The notes under the pieces were generated by a model that made no database searches, was not told where the DNA came from, and worked only from the letters and a program-made list of their open reading frames with translations. A DNA stretch of 63,995 nucleotides, the filler included, from Reticulomyxa filosa (lineage: Eukaryota > Protista > Foraminifera), in assembly GCA_000512085.1 (NCBI GenBank). It is 20 parts of 20 records of this genome, joined end to end, with 100 filler letters (N's around TTAATTAATTAA, not from the genome) between each part and the next. Parts side by side here need not be neighbours in the genome. Positions count along the whole stretch, not along the records: positions 50,882 to 59,364 come from ASPP01006086.1; positions 59,465 to 60,517 come from ASPP01006339.1; positions 60,618 to 62,692 come from ASPP01020581.1; positions 62,793 to 63,995 come from ASPP01028896.1; 16 more parts are not named here. The stretch is one strand, 5' to 3'. Positions 50,986 to 63,397 of the stretch are shown here, in pieces. Position numbers and translations under genes: made by a program. Position 1 is the stretch's first letter. Every line of letters begins with the position of its first letter.

Positions 50986-51639
50986 ATGCAAAACAAAGTC
51001 GAAGAGAAAGCAAACATTGAGTCAAATGTAATAAAGAAAAAACATCATGTCGACGATAATAACGAGAGGAAGTCCAATGTGAAAAACAAAGTTGATGTGA
51101 TGCAAGAGAATTTTAAGCGCCCTTGGGAAGTGTTTGATGATCATTTGTTTCCACCCGAATTCTCCGTGCAAGAACACAACCATCCCGAACCACAAGGGCA
51201 CCATTTTCAACGTTCGCGCAAACTGATAGACTCTTCTCATTCTCGGTCGCATGCTAGGCCCCACACTCCCAGCAGTGAAAGGCAACAGTATGGACATGAT
51301 CATGATACTGATAATGACAGTGATAGGGACAGAAACAGAGGCAACAACAATAATAATAATCAGTACCGTTATCATGATAATGATATCAAACATAGACCTA
51401 AAAACGTCAACTATCATCCAGATCAAATTAGCAATAATCAAAAATCATTCAAATCACCAAAGGAATCTTTGTTGTACTCCATTTCAAAATGTTTTGAAGA
51501 CTTAAACGAAGCAGAACAACTCACGCTAATCAAAAATATAATAACCAAAATGAACGCACAAAACAAAACTTCCCTATTTCAAAAACTATTTTTAGATAAA
51601 GATGTGGAAGCAGAGGACCGATTGTCAAAAATGAAGTGA
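50986..51639 (+). CDS. Hypothetical His/Asn/Asp-rich protein, likely last exon
   Basis: 217-aa ORF immediately after an AG acceptor. No family recognised. Confidence 0.5.
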   Translation: MQNKVEEKANIESNVIKKKHHVDDNNERKSNVKNKVDVMQENFKRPWEVFDDHLFPPEFSVQEHNHPEPQGHHFQRSRKLIDSSHSRSHARPHTPSSERQQYGHDHDTDNDSDRDRNRGNNNNNNQYRYHDNDIKHRPKNVNYHPDQISNNQKSFKSPKESLLYSISKCFEDLNEAEQLTLIKNIITKMNAQNKTSLFQKLFLDKDVEAEDRLSKMK

Positions 51640-52124
51640 TTTCCTTTTTTGTCATTTTTATCGGACGTTACATTAACCCTAGGAATTTGGCTATCAATTC
51701 CTTTGTGGTTTTTTTTGGAAATGTTCTTTATCTTTGGCATTTGCTTGTTGTGCAACCCTTTTTCTTTTTTCTCTTTCCAAAGTAATCAAAGATTCCTTAG
51801 TGCAAAATGAAGGGAAAAAAAACAGAAATAAGCTAACGTGAATCAAATTTTTAAGCATACACAATCTTTTTAAGAAATATTGATAAAATTAATTTAATTT
51901 GTTCGACTTTTTATATAATGTTTTCTAAAGAAAGTGACTTCTAAAAAAAGAATATTGCAAGGATTCGAAGAGTATTTTCAAATTCATAAGGATTAACTCT
52001 ACGCATTTGATTGTCGTCGAAACGATCTCATCATTTACAAAAAATTCAAAATTTTTTCTAAAAAGCTAAATTTTTAACACGTTTATGACAAGAGTTTAAA
52101 ACTACGAAATACGATCTTTGAAAA

Positions 52125-53983
52125 ATGGGCAGTTGTTTGGCCACACAAAAACCAACATCAAGACTAGTACCAAAAAGAAATAACATTACTGATATTGCTC
52201 TACAATACAAGACAATCAAAATACTTGGCGAAGGGGCTTCTTGTGAAGTGAAAGAATGTCAAACTGTTGGTGGTGACACACGTGTCGCACTGAAATCCAT
52301 GCAAAGGACTCGTGCCAATCTTCTACTATTCAATCGAGAGGTGGACATTTTATCTAAACTTCATCATCCAAACATTATCAAGTGACTGCAGTGTTTCAAA
52401 AAAATAAAGAAAAACCTAATTCTGACATCAAATGTTTGTTTGTTGGAAACAGCTTTATTGATTGTTATATGGATTCGAACCATTTTTACATAGCCACCGT
52501 ATTGTGCACTGGCGGAGAACTTTTTGGTAAGGTCCCCTTGCCTTTGTTTTGTTGCAGAAAAATTTGAAATAAGAGTTCACTGTAAAAATGAAACCAGAAA
52601 AAACGCAGAAAATAAGTATAATTGAACACAAAATAAAATAGATCGCATTGTAAAATCGAAAAAATTTACAGAACGTATAGCATCTGGACTAATAAAACAG
52701 ATGCTTTTTGCGATAGAGTATTGCCACATGAGTGATATTGTCCATCGCGATCTAAAACCAGAAAACTTTGTTTTTGAAAATGGGAACACTGACAATGGTT
52801 TGAAGTTAATTGACTTTGGATGTGCTCAACAAGTTGTCGCGAATAAGACATACAATAACATTGTCGGCACACCCTATTATCTAGCACCAGAATATTTGAA
52901 AAAACAGCCACGTAATGGAAACATGTTAAAAGCCTCAGACATGTGGGCAATAGGCGTCATTAGTTTTATTTTAGTGACTGGGCGTCCACCATTCAATGGC
53001 AAAAATAACAATCACATCTTCACAAATATTGCAAAACAGTCCGTCAAGTTCCCACCACGGATTGCAGAGCACTTATCAAACGAATTAAAAAATTTTATTC
53101 TTTCATTGCTCAGCAAAAACCCAAAAAAGAGGCCAACTGCCGAGCAGGCTCTAAATCATCCATGGGTCTCTGGCCAAGCAGATATACCAGATATTGAACT
53201 TGGTAAGCAAGTGGTTGGATTTTTATCTCAGTTTAAAAATGAATCCAAACTAAAAAAAGCGTTAGCAGAGTTAAGAAAATATTTTTATTATTATTTGGAG
53301 TGAGGAAAAAAGAGTTGTTGAACGTATATAGTACAGCTTTATTCCATTTTTTTTTGACTTCCTAAAAATGTGAGTATTGTGTAAATTTTTCTAGGGTTGT
53401 CATCCACTATGCACCAGCTAATGATATTGCCAAATTACGGAATATGTTTAATGCCGTAGACAAAGATGGAGATGGAAATATAACAGAAGCAGAGCTAGGA
53501 GAAGTGTTACAATGTATGGGATATTATGCAAAAGAAGCAACATATCAAGCACATCAAATTATGAAAAATGTCGATACTGATGGAGATGGACAATTGAGCT
53601 TTGAGGAATTTTCACACGTCCATGCGTCTATTCAATTATCCAGTGACGAAGTACTTATTCATACTTGTTTTCAAGTAATGGATGATAATGGTGATGGGCA
53701 AATATCAATCCAAGAATTAAAAGTAGCACTCAATTTAACTGATTCCGAAGCACAAATAGCATTTGAAGAAGCAGATATAAATAAAGATGGTGTTATATCT
53801 TTTGATGAATTTAAATTAGCAATGTCCTCTGGATTTCAACGCGATAAAATTGATAGAGATGAATTAGTTGCTGGTTTTTGTTTACAAAAAGATGAATCAC
53901 TCCCTGTCATTGAACCTTCACGAGAGTCAAGTTCTACTAGTAAAGTTCTCCAAAGCAAATATTCATGTAAATCGAATTTCTGA
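52125..53983 (+). CDS. Calcium-dependent protein kinase (kinase + four EF hands), 4 exons
   Basis: MGSC N-acylation motif; LGEGASCEV, VALK, HPNII, GGELF, HRDLKPEN, DFG, GTPYYLAPE, DMWAIGV; EF loops DKDGDGNI, DTDGDGQL, DDNGDGQI, DINKDGVI. Confidence 0.93.
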
Positions 53984-54780
53984 ATATTTTCCTCTCTCTA
54001 CTAATTTGAATAATTTTTGAGAGTTTTAAAACAAATAAGTAAAAAGTGAATTTAAATTTAAAATGTTTTCATTTAATTGGGTTTTCAAAGATTAAAAAAC
54101 GGAAAATACCAACTAATGTGTTCCACAATCACTCTATAAACTTACTTACTTAATTTTGTTACTTTGTTTAGTTGTTAAAAAAAATGTTGATTGTGGGTTT
54201 TTGATTCAATGTAGCCTTATAAGTTTAATTTGAAATATATCTAAATTGATCGCAAAGTTCATTTGGCGTTTCCTTTATTTTGTTTATTAACAGACATATG
54301 AAATATCGTAGAAATAAAAACAATGTAATTAAAAAATTACATTGTTGTATACAGTTTCACAATGCATAACAAAATTTTTTTAAATAAAACGCCGTTTCAC
54401 TCTTCAAAATATAAATTATACATTGCATTCGTTTTTTATTACCTGGCGATTAAATCCTCTTTTTTCCACTTTTGATTATTTATTTCAAGTGCCACATTTC
54501 AACAATTCAAAATGATTTTTTATTTTTCAAGATTTGCCGTGTGAATTTAGCACAAAAGTTACGAGAAAGAAATTTTAGAGAATTTGACCGATTAACAGAA
54601 AAGTTTTTACTTGATATTTGAATGATCAGTGTGAATGTAAAAAAACAAAAAGCAGAAGAAATTAAATTGTATGTTTAGTTTGAGGTGTTTCGGATCGGTG
54701 GAAAAATTTACATATTACAAACACAAAAAAAAAAAGAAACAAAAAGAGCAATTTACACAGCCAAATCATCTTAAAGATGT

Positions 54781-56443
54781 TTAAAACAATGGATTGCCAT
54801 GATAATTATTGATCATGACATATGGGTTCGCTGGCTGATTTGTGTTATTAGTGTTTCCGTTGAAATGCGTGTTCGTATTTAATCCAACAGATCCTATGTG
54901 TCCTGTGTGTACATGGTTGACCCCGAAAGGCGGTGGCTGAGTTAGCCTTGGGGCCAAATTTGGAGGTAATTGTGTCATGAAAGCCGTCGATGCTGTGGTT
55001 TTGATATTTACAAATATCCACAAAATCAGCCAAGATTGAATATAAAAAAAAAAACAAAATAAACATGTACTATATGAATTTGAACTAAACCGGTAGGGTC
55101 CAATGGTCGATGGATGGGTTGTTTTTTGTACATTGACAAAATCGTGTCTTTTGAATTGGTGGGTGTTGGCTCGTCCAAAATATCAACACTCGCATTCACA
55201 TTGGTTTTTTTCAAAATTTGTTCAGGTCTTACCAAAGGCGCTGTGGAATGGCCGTTGGACACAGTGATACTATTAATAAATGAAAATTCGCTTGTCTCAT
55301 TACTCTTGTCCAATTTTTGGTTATCAACCCATACGCTAGGTCCATTGCTACTGCTGCTAATAAATGAAAACTGCTCTTGAGGTTGCTCATTGCTTATCAA
55401 TACCTCACGAGGTAACAAGTCCGGAACATCCTTTTTTATTTTAAAGCAAACTCATTTGCATTCATATATGGTAGTGTATTTTTTTCAAATTTTCTTGAGA
55501 CAGTCTCAACACACACACACACAAAAAAAGGGGAGCAATTTTTGTAAGATATGCACGTGGTGGCAATTTTATTAACTTCAAAGAGTGCCAAAGGGTTTTT
55601 TTTTAAAAAAAGGGGGGGAGACATAGAACACGTGGCAAAAAGATTTTTTTTTGGAAATGAACAGAAGCAAGTTATACCTTGGCAAGTTTTTTTGGTGGAA
55701 TTGGTTTTGAGTTTGGATTTGGGTTTAATTTAATTGGAATTTTTTTGACTTCGGCATTGGCGTTGGTTGACTTTAATTCCGTGGTGCCATTAACACGCGA
55801 ATTGATTTTTTTATCTTTGTCACCTGACAAAGTGTTCTGTATTTGTGGTATTGCACAACAATGTTATATTTATTTACACATACACATATATAATCGTATA
55901 AATTTTTTTTTTTGTATGCTGATGGACATGACAAAAATGTACCTGAGACTTGGATGGCAATGACAATGGTGATGCGTTAAACCATTTTTTTGAAACATAC
56001 TTTGAACGAATGAATTGTTCCAAGCGATGGGTATCCGTGGCTTCCGTAGGTTTGTCTTGTTTTGGTAGAGAGGACTCATACCGAATGTTCACTGCTTGGT
56101 TGCCGCCTTGGGCTTTGAAGTGTTTCATTAACATAGCATTCCAAGAATCTAAATTTGTTGATTTTACCTATCGCAAGTTCGGTCCAATTAATCCCGCCCG
56201 CTCGTTAACTTTTTGCTCAATAAAAAGTACTTTTTTTTTGCAGTTACGCTCAACTTTGGAAATGTGAGTTCCTAAATTTCGATGGATCCCAGAGCATCGA
56301 ATACACACAAATATTCCGATGTTGGTGGACGCCCAAGTAGGCTGTTTCGCCCCACAGTCTGCGCAATAACGATTTTCTGGAAGCTTTAATAACTCAGCTA
56401 ACTCGTTACGGTATCTTTCTATCTCTTTTGCAGTGGTTTTCAT
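54781..56443 (-). CDS. ArfGAP (SMAP/AGD5-like), multi-exon
   Basis: [43 protein letters not shown]|KSTNLDSW; GGN; [13 protein letters not shown]; KDTILSMY motif. Confidence 0.92.
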
Positions 56444-56753
56444 TTTTTTGATATTTGAGTTGTTTAACTACAAATGAGCGCCCGCCAAGTTAAACGTCAA
56501 GGATTATTTTTAAAACTTTTTGGTTCTTTTATTTTGGAAAAATTACTAAACACGAAAGTTATTTTATATCTATAAATTATTAATTCATTTCATCGAAAAG
56601 ACTAATTTACCTTAATTAAAAAAAAATTCAGCTAAATAAATAAAAGTAAAACAATTAAACCTTGCAAAAATTCGAATGTCTACACATAAACATTAAAACA
56701 CTAGAGGCAAAAAAAGCCATTTGCTCTCTCAAACAAAGAACAAAAGTTATTGA

Positions 56754-59218
56754 TTATCTTCTCCAATTGCTGTTGTCTACCGCCGGCAATACACTCGCAT
56801 CGGTGGTGGAAAACTCGACATCAGTGTGATTGATATCAGCAATAAAATAATTGATCGCGCCAAAACAGCCATCGCAAACCTTCAAAGGCTTTTCGTTGGT
56901 TGGAATTTTGGCTTTGCGTCGAAAACACTCCGCGCAAACCGTATGTTGACACCATGGGCATTTCATCTGCAGCACACATTTTTTATTAACATAATTTTTT
57001 GTTTTGAGTATTAAAAGATTCTATTATATACGGCTTATGTAACGTATATTTATGTGTACACGTATTGTTTTTGTTTCATTGCTTTGGAATTAACTTTTCG
57101 AGTAAATCTTTTGAATGGTCTCATGCACAATTTACAAGGGGCCTGTCTTTGGAAAATGGCAATTTCTAACTTAACACTCGGACTGACATTCCTTGACTTC
57201 ATGTTTTGTTCTCCAGCTTGAACACGTTTTAATTCGTGTCTTCTACGTGGGGAGCAATTTTATGTACATATAAAAAAAAAAAAACCGATCATTGAAAAGA
57301 TTTTATTAAAAAAAAAAAAAAAAGAAAAACAATAAACTTTGGCCCGACTGTTCTGCCAATAAATTGTGAGATTTGTGCTGTTGGATGCATGTCTTGTAAC
57401 GTGTTGAAATTTTCTGGGGGATTGCGCACAACAACAACAAACAAAAAATAATGTTACAAAATGAATTAAACAAGATCAATAAAAAAAAAAAAAAAGAAAA
57501 ACAAAGCAGATGGACTTACCATTCATCCATCTTGTACGAAATTCGATTTGTTCGGAGATTGCGTATTGTATGGCTTGAAACCACTCCCTTTTTTCTTGCG
57601 TTGTTTCTGCGAATAAAAAGATCGCTTTTTGCGGAGAAATAATTCGAAATCCGTTTTTCACATTCCGAATGGGTCCATCTTTTATGTCCACGATCCGACA
57701 TAATGACAAGTGTAATACACGATGCACATTCAATCGGCCATGACCCTCCGATGCATAAATCAACAAATCATTGAACAAATAAAATTGATACACCATCAAA
57801 TCCCCTTTTAACGATTGCTTGGTCAACAAGCCAGACTTGACGAATCTTCTTTCGGGGTGAACCAAATACTTTTTTTTGTTGTGCAGCAAAAGCAAACAGA
57901 AATCTTCATTGTTTCAATTCTACACAAGCAATACAGATCAAATCAACAAAGATAAACAAACAAAAAAAAACGAAACAAGGTCATTCCCAAGAACATCTTC
58001 GATGTCTCTCAGCACCTTTTGGTCTGTGTCATATACTACACGTTTTTGCATGTCATTACAAATCCTCGATATTATTTCACAGCCTACATCTGGAGCTCGT
58101 TTACTTATTTCCAGTAACGTCTAAAGGTTTGTTTGTATTTGCTTTTTTACTTTTAAATCAAATAAAAACAGCAAGTGTTTTTCGGGATTTCCCTTCATTC
58201 GTTCACATCAAAAAAAAAAAGATTATATTAAAATTTATTCAACTTACCAAAAACCATTTTTGCTTCAGATGTTCTCCTCGAACAGTTGCCAGATTTCTTA
58301 TGTTCTGTTTTAAATATTTGTGTTCTTCCATGTATACAAATCTGGCTAGGTTACTGGCGATAGCGTGGAGTTCTGGCCTCACTAGCCCCAACAAGATAGC
58401 AGTAGCACACGAGTATTTGATGGCCTCTAAGCACTCGCATTGGGTTTGAGGATCTTTGGCTTTGCCCATGATAGTGGTGATGGCACCTAAAAATTGGTGC
58501 CACGTGACATCGTACAAAGCCCGAACAATTCGCACGTCTGGCGCTTTATGCCACGAGTGTTTGCGAGTGGCCAACTCACGCAGTTGCGCCAAAGCGCGTT
58601 GCACTAACCGGCTGCATTCGTTGCGGAATTGTTTTTGGATTAGCTGCACGTCCTCAGTCCCGTTGCTGCCCTCTTCGCGATCGAATATCTTTATTTCGAT
58701 TGGATTGTCTTTGATACTTTGGTACAATTCGCGAATCAAATCGGGGGCTTTTTTATTTATTTATTTATTTTAAAATTTTGAAAGTGATATTACTTAAATT
58801 GAAAAGTTTGGAGAAAAGGAAGGGGGGAGGGGGAGGGAAAAAGGGGGCATTTTTGAATTTTAACAAAACGAAATGGGCCTTGATCATTTCGAACAAGGTT
58901 TGCGAATTGTGCTTGAGTCATGGGCCCATTTACATTTGCATTTTGTGCTTTCGGGTTGTGGAGTTCAGTGTGCAGCATGAGCACGGCGTAAGCCAAAATC
59001 AAGCACTGGTCTTGTGAGACAAACACGTGAGGGTTGTCTCGGGTAAATGCATGTGCAAACCCTTCTAGCAACCGGTCAATTTTTTGAGCCTCCAATGGCA
59101 GCCGAAACCCACATCCTGTCAAAAAGTGTCGAAACGCAGCGTCAAAGCTCATCCCCGTGAAATTGAGCATCCCTACGTATACTAATAGCAAGTCGTGGTG
59201 TTGTGTTTGGCTCAACAC
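56754..59218 (-). CDS. Sec7-domain ArfGEF with HDS1-like region, PH domain and FYVE-like finger (5'-truncated)
   Basis: FRLPLEAQKIDRLLEGFA; ILAYAVLMLHTELHNP; RALYDVTWHQFLGA..CLEAIK; RRFVKSGLLTK..FYLFNDLLIYA..EKREWFQAI; CKLC..F..FTRK|MKCPWC..VCAEC..KVCDGC. Confidence 0.85.
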
Positions 59219-59475
59219 GGACGAATCTCTTTTTTTTTTTAAAAAAAAAATTATTTAACCTTTTGAAATGTTTGTTCAATGAAACCATAAGTAAAGTGAG
59301 GATCTTAATAAAATAAAAAATAAAAAAAAAAAAAAAACTTAACAAGTTGGAAATAAAAATCACCNNNNNNNNNNNNNNNNNNNNNNNNNNNNNNNNNNNN
59401 NNNNNNNNTTAATTAATTAANNNNNNNNNNNNNNNNNNNNNNNNNNNNNNNNNNNNNNNNNNNNAAAAAAAAAGG

Positions 59476-60252
59476 GTACCACAACTTGCCATTGGCAATA
59501 ATCGGAGCGACACTGACTTGGGCAGGATGGTACTCATTCAACGGCGGTAGTGCCTACGCAGCGAACATGATATCCGCACTGGCGTTGTTTAACACGCACA
59601 TAAGCGCGTGCGTAGGGGCGTTAGTGCACATTGTGTTAGAGTACCAAGAGGATGGACACTTCCATCTGCTAGCGCTGATGAATGGCTGCTTGAGCGGACT
59701 GGCCAGTATCACGCCGGCGAGTGGATATATTCCGCCATACTTTGCTACGGTGGTCGGGTTTTGTGGGTCGGTCGCGAGCTACTTTGGCGGAAAAAAACTG
59801 AAGGAAAAGTACAAAGTGGACGACGTGCTCGACGTGTTGCCTTGCAAGCGATCCCAGGGGCCACCGGTACAATGCTTGTTGGCCTCTTGGCCGATGCCAA
59901 TCTGACAGGCGCCAAAGGCAATGGTATTGTGTTTGGATGGGACATGGCATCGTTAAAGTTCTTCGGAGTCCAAGTGCTTGGCACTGTCGTCGGCATGCTC
60001 TGGAGTGGGGTGTGGACGTATATCCTGTTCCGAACCATGCGCAAGTTTGTCAATATTGACATCAACGCCGAAACGGAACTGGAGGGCTTGGACCGCAAAC
60101 AGATTGGAGAAAAGTCGTATCGCTTTGCAGAAATGAGTCGTCATCATGTCCTCACCTTTGAACTTTGCAGTGCCTGCAAAATTGGAGACTTTCGAGAAGT
60201 TTTACGAATTGTTTCTACTGAAATTTGGGAATCTGGTTAAATTTGTATATAC

Positions 60253-60294
<42 letters not shown>

Positions 60295-60477
60295 TTATTG
60301 CAAGGAAAAAAAAAAACAACCACAAAACTCACGCATAATCGCAACATCACGAAATGCCACAGTGAACATGTTGGATTACGATGATAGAACTGCTTTACAT
60401 ATCAGCTGCTGCTATAATCAAATCGATGTGGCAGAGCTGTTGCTCAAGTGTGGAGCATTGGTCGACGTTGTTGACAG
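59476..60477 (+). CDS. Amt-family ammonium transporter C-terminal half fused to ankyrin repeats (both ends truncated; frameshift at ~59836)
   Basis: HNLPLAIIG..GWYSFNGGS; NTHISA; NGCLSGLASITPASG; DDVLDV; ELEGLD..IGE; then ELCSACKIGD and, after an intron, VNMLDYDDRTALHISCCYNQIDVAELLLKCGALVDVVDR. Confidence 0.88.
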
Positions 60478-60479
60478 GT

Positions 60480-60517
<38 letters not shown>

Positions 60518-60622
60518 NNNNNNNNNNNNNNNNNNNNNNNNNNNNNNNNNNNNNNNNNNNNTTAATTAATTAANNNNNNNNNNNNNNNNNNNNNNNNNNN
60601 NNNNNNNNNNNNNNNNNAAAAA

Positions 60623-61026
60623 AATTGGGTGGAAATAGAACAACCATTCTTTTATTTAGTGACATTTTTGGCAGGCATAAGAAGTCCTTTGGTCACAGCT
60701 GCAGGTGCACTGATCTATGTCATCTCACGTGTTGCCTATGCCAAAGGTATCCTTCTTTTTCTTTCAAATGCTTACTTTTTTGTTTGGTATGTGTATACGT
60801 ATGTATATATGTGTATGTGTGTGGCCGGCCATTGATTGTGATGAAAGGGTATTACACGGGAAACCCTAAAAATCGCAGTCGTGGACACTTTGGGTACTTG
60901 ACTTTGTTCCCATTGGTAGGCGTGGCGTCGCTTAGTGCGGCCACCATTTCTGGCATTGATCTTCGCGCCATTCTTGGCATTTCAATCGACCAGTTTTCGG
61001 TTTTAAACTTTGGAACTTTGAGGTAG
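60623..61026 (+). CDS. MAPEG-family microsomal glutathione S-transferase 3-like, C-terminal exons
   Basis: NWVE..PFF....LAG..SP...AAGALIYVISRVAYAKG | YYTGNPKNRSRGHFGY. Intron ~60748-60848. Confidence 0.85.
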
Positions 61027-62239
61027 TTTGTGATCCGTGTCTAAGACCCCCCCCTTTTTTTTGTTGTTAGCGATGTGGCCGTCAGTAGTGTCATGTCTTC
61101 ATTCTTTCAGCAAGCTCTTCATTTTTCTGCACTTTTTTTTTCACGCACACCCCTTTGAGGGTTCATTGTGTTGGCGCTGAGGGTCGCATAGACGTGAATC
61201 CATGCTTGTTTTTTTTTTTAAGTTAATACGTTTCGTGTTCCCGTTTAAAAAAAAAAAGCTACTTCAATTATAGATTTAAAGAGGCAAACTAGGACTATGC
61301 TTTACAATATGTTTGCGAGTCAAACCTTCCTCGGTGGTTCTCTTTGTTTTAGTAAAGAAATTCTGATGAAATATCTGTTTGGCGTTTGTCCGTCCTTTGC
61401 TTTTTTGTGGAACACGTCTCAACTGCAGCCACTTTTATTTTTGATTTACACATTAGCCAAAGTGGGGAGGAAAAAGAGAAATTTGTACGCTTGTCAAGCC
61501 ATCTTCCCATTTTAAAATTGTTTAAACTTGTTGAAAAATTTTTAAAAAATACAGTTGCTTATTTTATTGTCTTTTCTTTAAAAGGTTGAGATATATTCAA
61601 CCACTTAATTTAAACATTTTTTGTATAATGTATTTGGATGCTGAAAAAAAAGATACATACTCAAGTGGCAGTGTAACGTGCACTACATGCGTTTCAAATG
61701 GCTCTTGTGAGTGGTGAAGCATAAAACAAAGCAATTGGACGCGATAATGACGTGTAGAACAAATATGTAGTGTTATCTAAAAATAAGTGACTTCTTCAAA
61801 GTTCACTATCCATTGCCACCCAAACACCTCTACAAGTGGTACGAATTGTTTCAGAAAAAGGGAGTTAATAAAAAGCGTATAAGAGATATTTATCACCAAG
61901 AAGATGTTTGGAATTTGTTTTGTGGTGCTATGCTTTTTCCGTCTGGCATGGACAAAATGTTGAGTTGTTGGACGAATGGAAAGGGGGGGGGGCAAGGGAG
62001 GGACAGGTACTGGGAGGTTCTAGTGAACCCGAGGATACAAAAAAAAAACGAAAGAACAGAAAAACCAACTCTAAAATTTTCATGGCGATTTTAAGGATGC
62101 GCATTGATTTTATTTTGTTTTTAACCTTTGTAGCACTAAAAACAAACAAACCAAAAAAAAATTTTACAAACTCATGATGTATACACATATATGAAATAAA
62201 CGACAATGATTGAAAAAAAGTTGATTTATACGTCCAAAT

Positions 62240-62540
62240 TAGCTCAGCAGAATTTGGTGATATATACGTGAATGGAATATACCAAACAAGTTCGATGGGA
62301 CAAAGTGGCTATGTTCAAGCAGTCATGTCATTAGAGCCAGGAGAAAATGTTATCGCCATAAGCGCGTATAACAATGAACAGACAGGGGCAGTATTTGCAT
62401 CGTGGGTAGTAAGTGATTTTTCAATGTCGGATGTTAGTGACTCCACATGGAAATATGCCACCACGCCGTCGCAAAACTGGTATCTTTCTACGTATTCCGA
62501 TGCCTCGTGGTCTTTTGTAGGCAGCTATGGTTTGTACAAA
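62240..62540 (+). CDS. Exon of a putative extracellular beta-sandwich / lectin-like domain protein
   Basis: IYVNG...LEPGENVIAISAYN...GAV..S....SDSTWK......NW....YSDASW pattern. Cys-rich segments upstream (61650-61850) may belong to the same gene. Confidence 0.5.
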
Positions 62541-62652
62541 AGAGCCTCTTCTATTTTTTTTTTTTTAACACCCTTTTTCAATACGTATACACACATACAT
62601 GCACGTTTATATGTATAAATTTAGAGATGCTTACGTTTATATAAATACATAT

Positions 62653-62692
<40 letters not shown>

Positions 62693-62802
62693 NNNNNNNN
62701 NNNNNNNNNNNNNNNNNNNNNNNNNNNNNNNNNNNNTTAATTAATTAANNNNNNNNNNNNNNNNNNNNNNNNNNNNNNNNNNNNNNNNNNNNAAAAAAAA
62801 AA

Positions 62803-62833
<31 letters not shown>

Positions 62834-62836
<3 letters not shown>

Positions 62837-63350
62837 CAAGATTCGAGGCTATGGATTTGGCTGAGCTCGCTACAGAAATGGGAGAATGTAAGGTTGCCAA
62901 CAAAGAAAAACCTGTATGAGTGGGGAGGTTATGCACTGTTAGCAATGGCGTCCTTTTCGTTTTATTACACCTTGACGGACTGGACAGAGAAGTTGTATGC
63001 GTTGAAGTCGTGCAAGGCATTTCCAAAGGAAAAGGAAGGATTAGGAAACAAGAGCAAGACGATAGCAAGTGGTTACTACTACGTCAACGGCGTGCTGTCA
63101 AGCGAAAAGCCGATCGAGTTGTTGATTGAGCGAAGCAACCCCTTGCAATCGGCAAAGGCAACAGGTTTGAGTGTGAGCACAAGTGCAGGCGTAAGTCGAC
63201 CGTCGAAGATGATGGAACGAAGCAAAAAGCAATGGAGCGAAGCAAAGTCAGAGATAAGTAAATCTACTATTCAATCGTATTACAAATTGGTGGCATTTCA
63301 ATATAAATCATACGAATTGAAGAAAAGAGAAGCAAAATCGGAAAGCAAAG

Positions 63351-63397
<47 letters not shown>

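Noticed and set aside
61040-61210. GC-richer 3' region after MGST3 considered as SECIS or tRNA
   Set aside because: No SECIS core geometry, no in-frame TGA in the visible exons, and no cloverleaf or T-loop.
3160-62792. Regularly recurring TTAATTAATTAA flanked by N runs, superficially a repeat array
   Set aside because: Artificial contig linker. Apparent gene neighbourhoods across it have no biological meaning.
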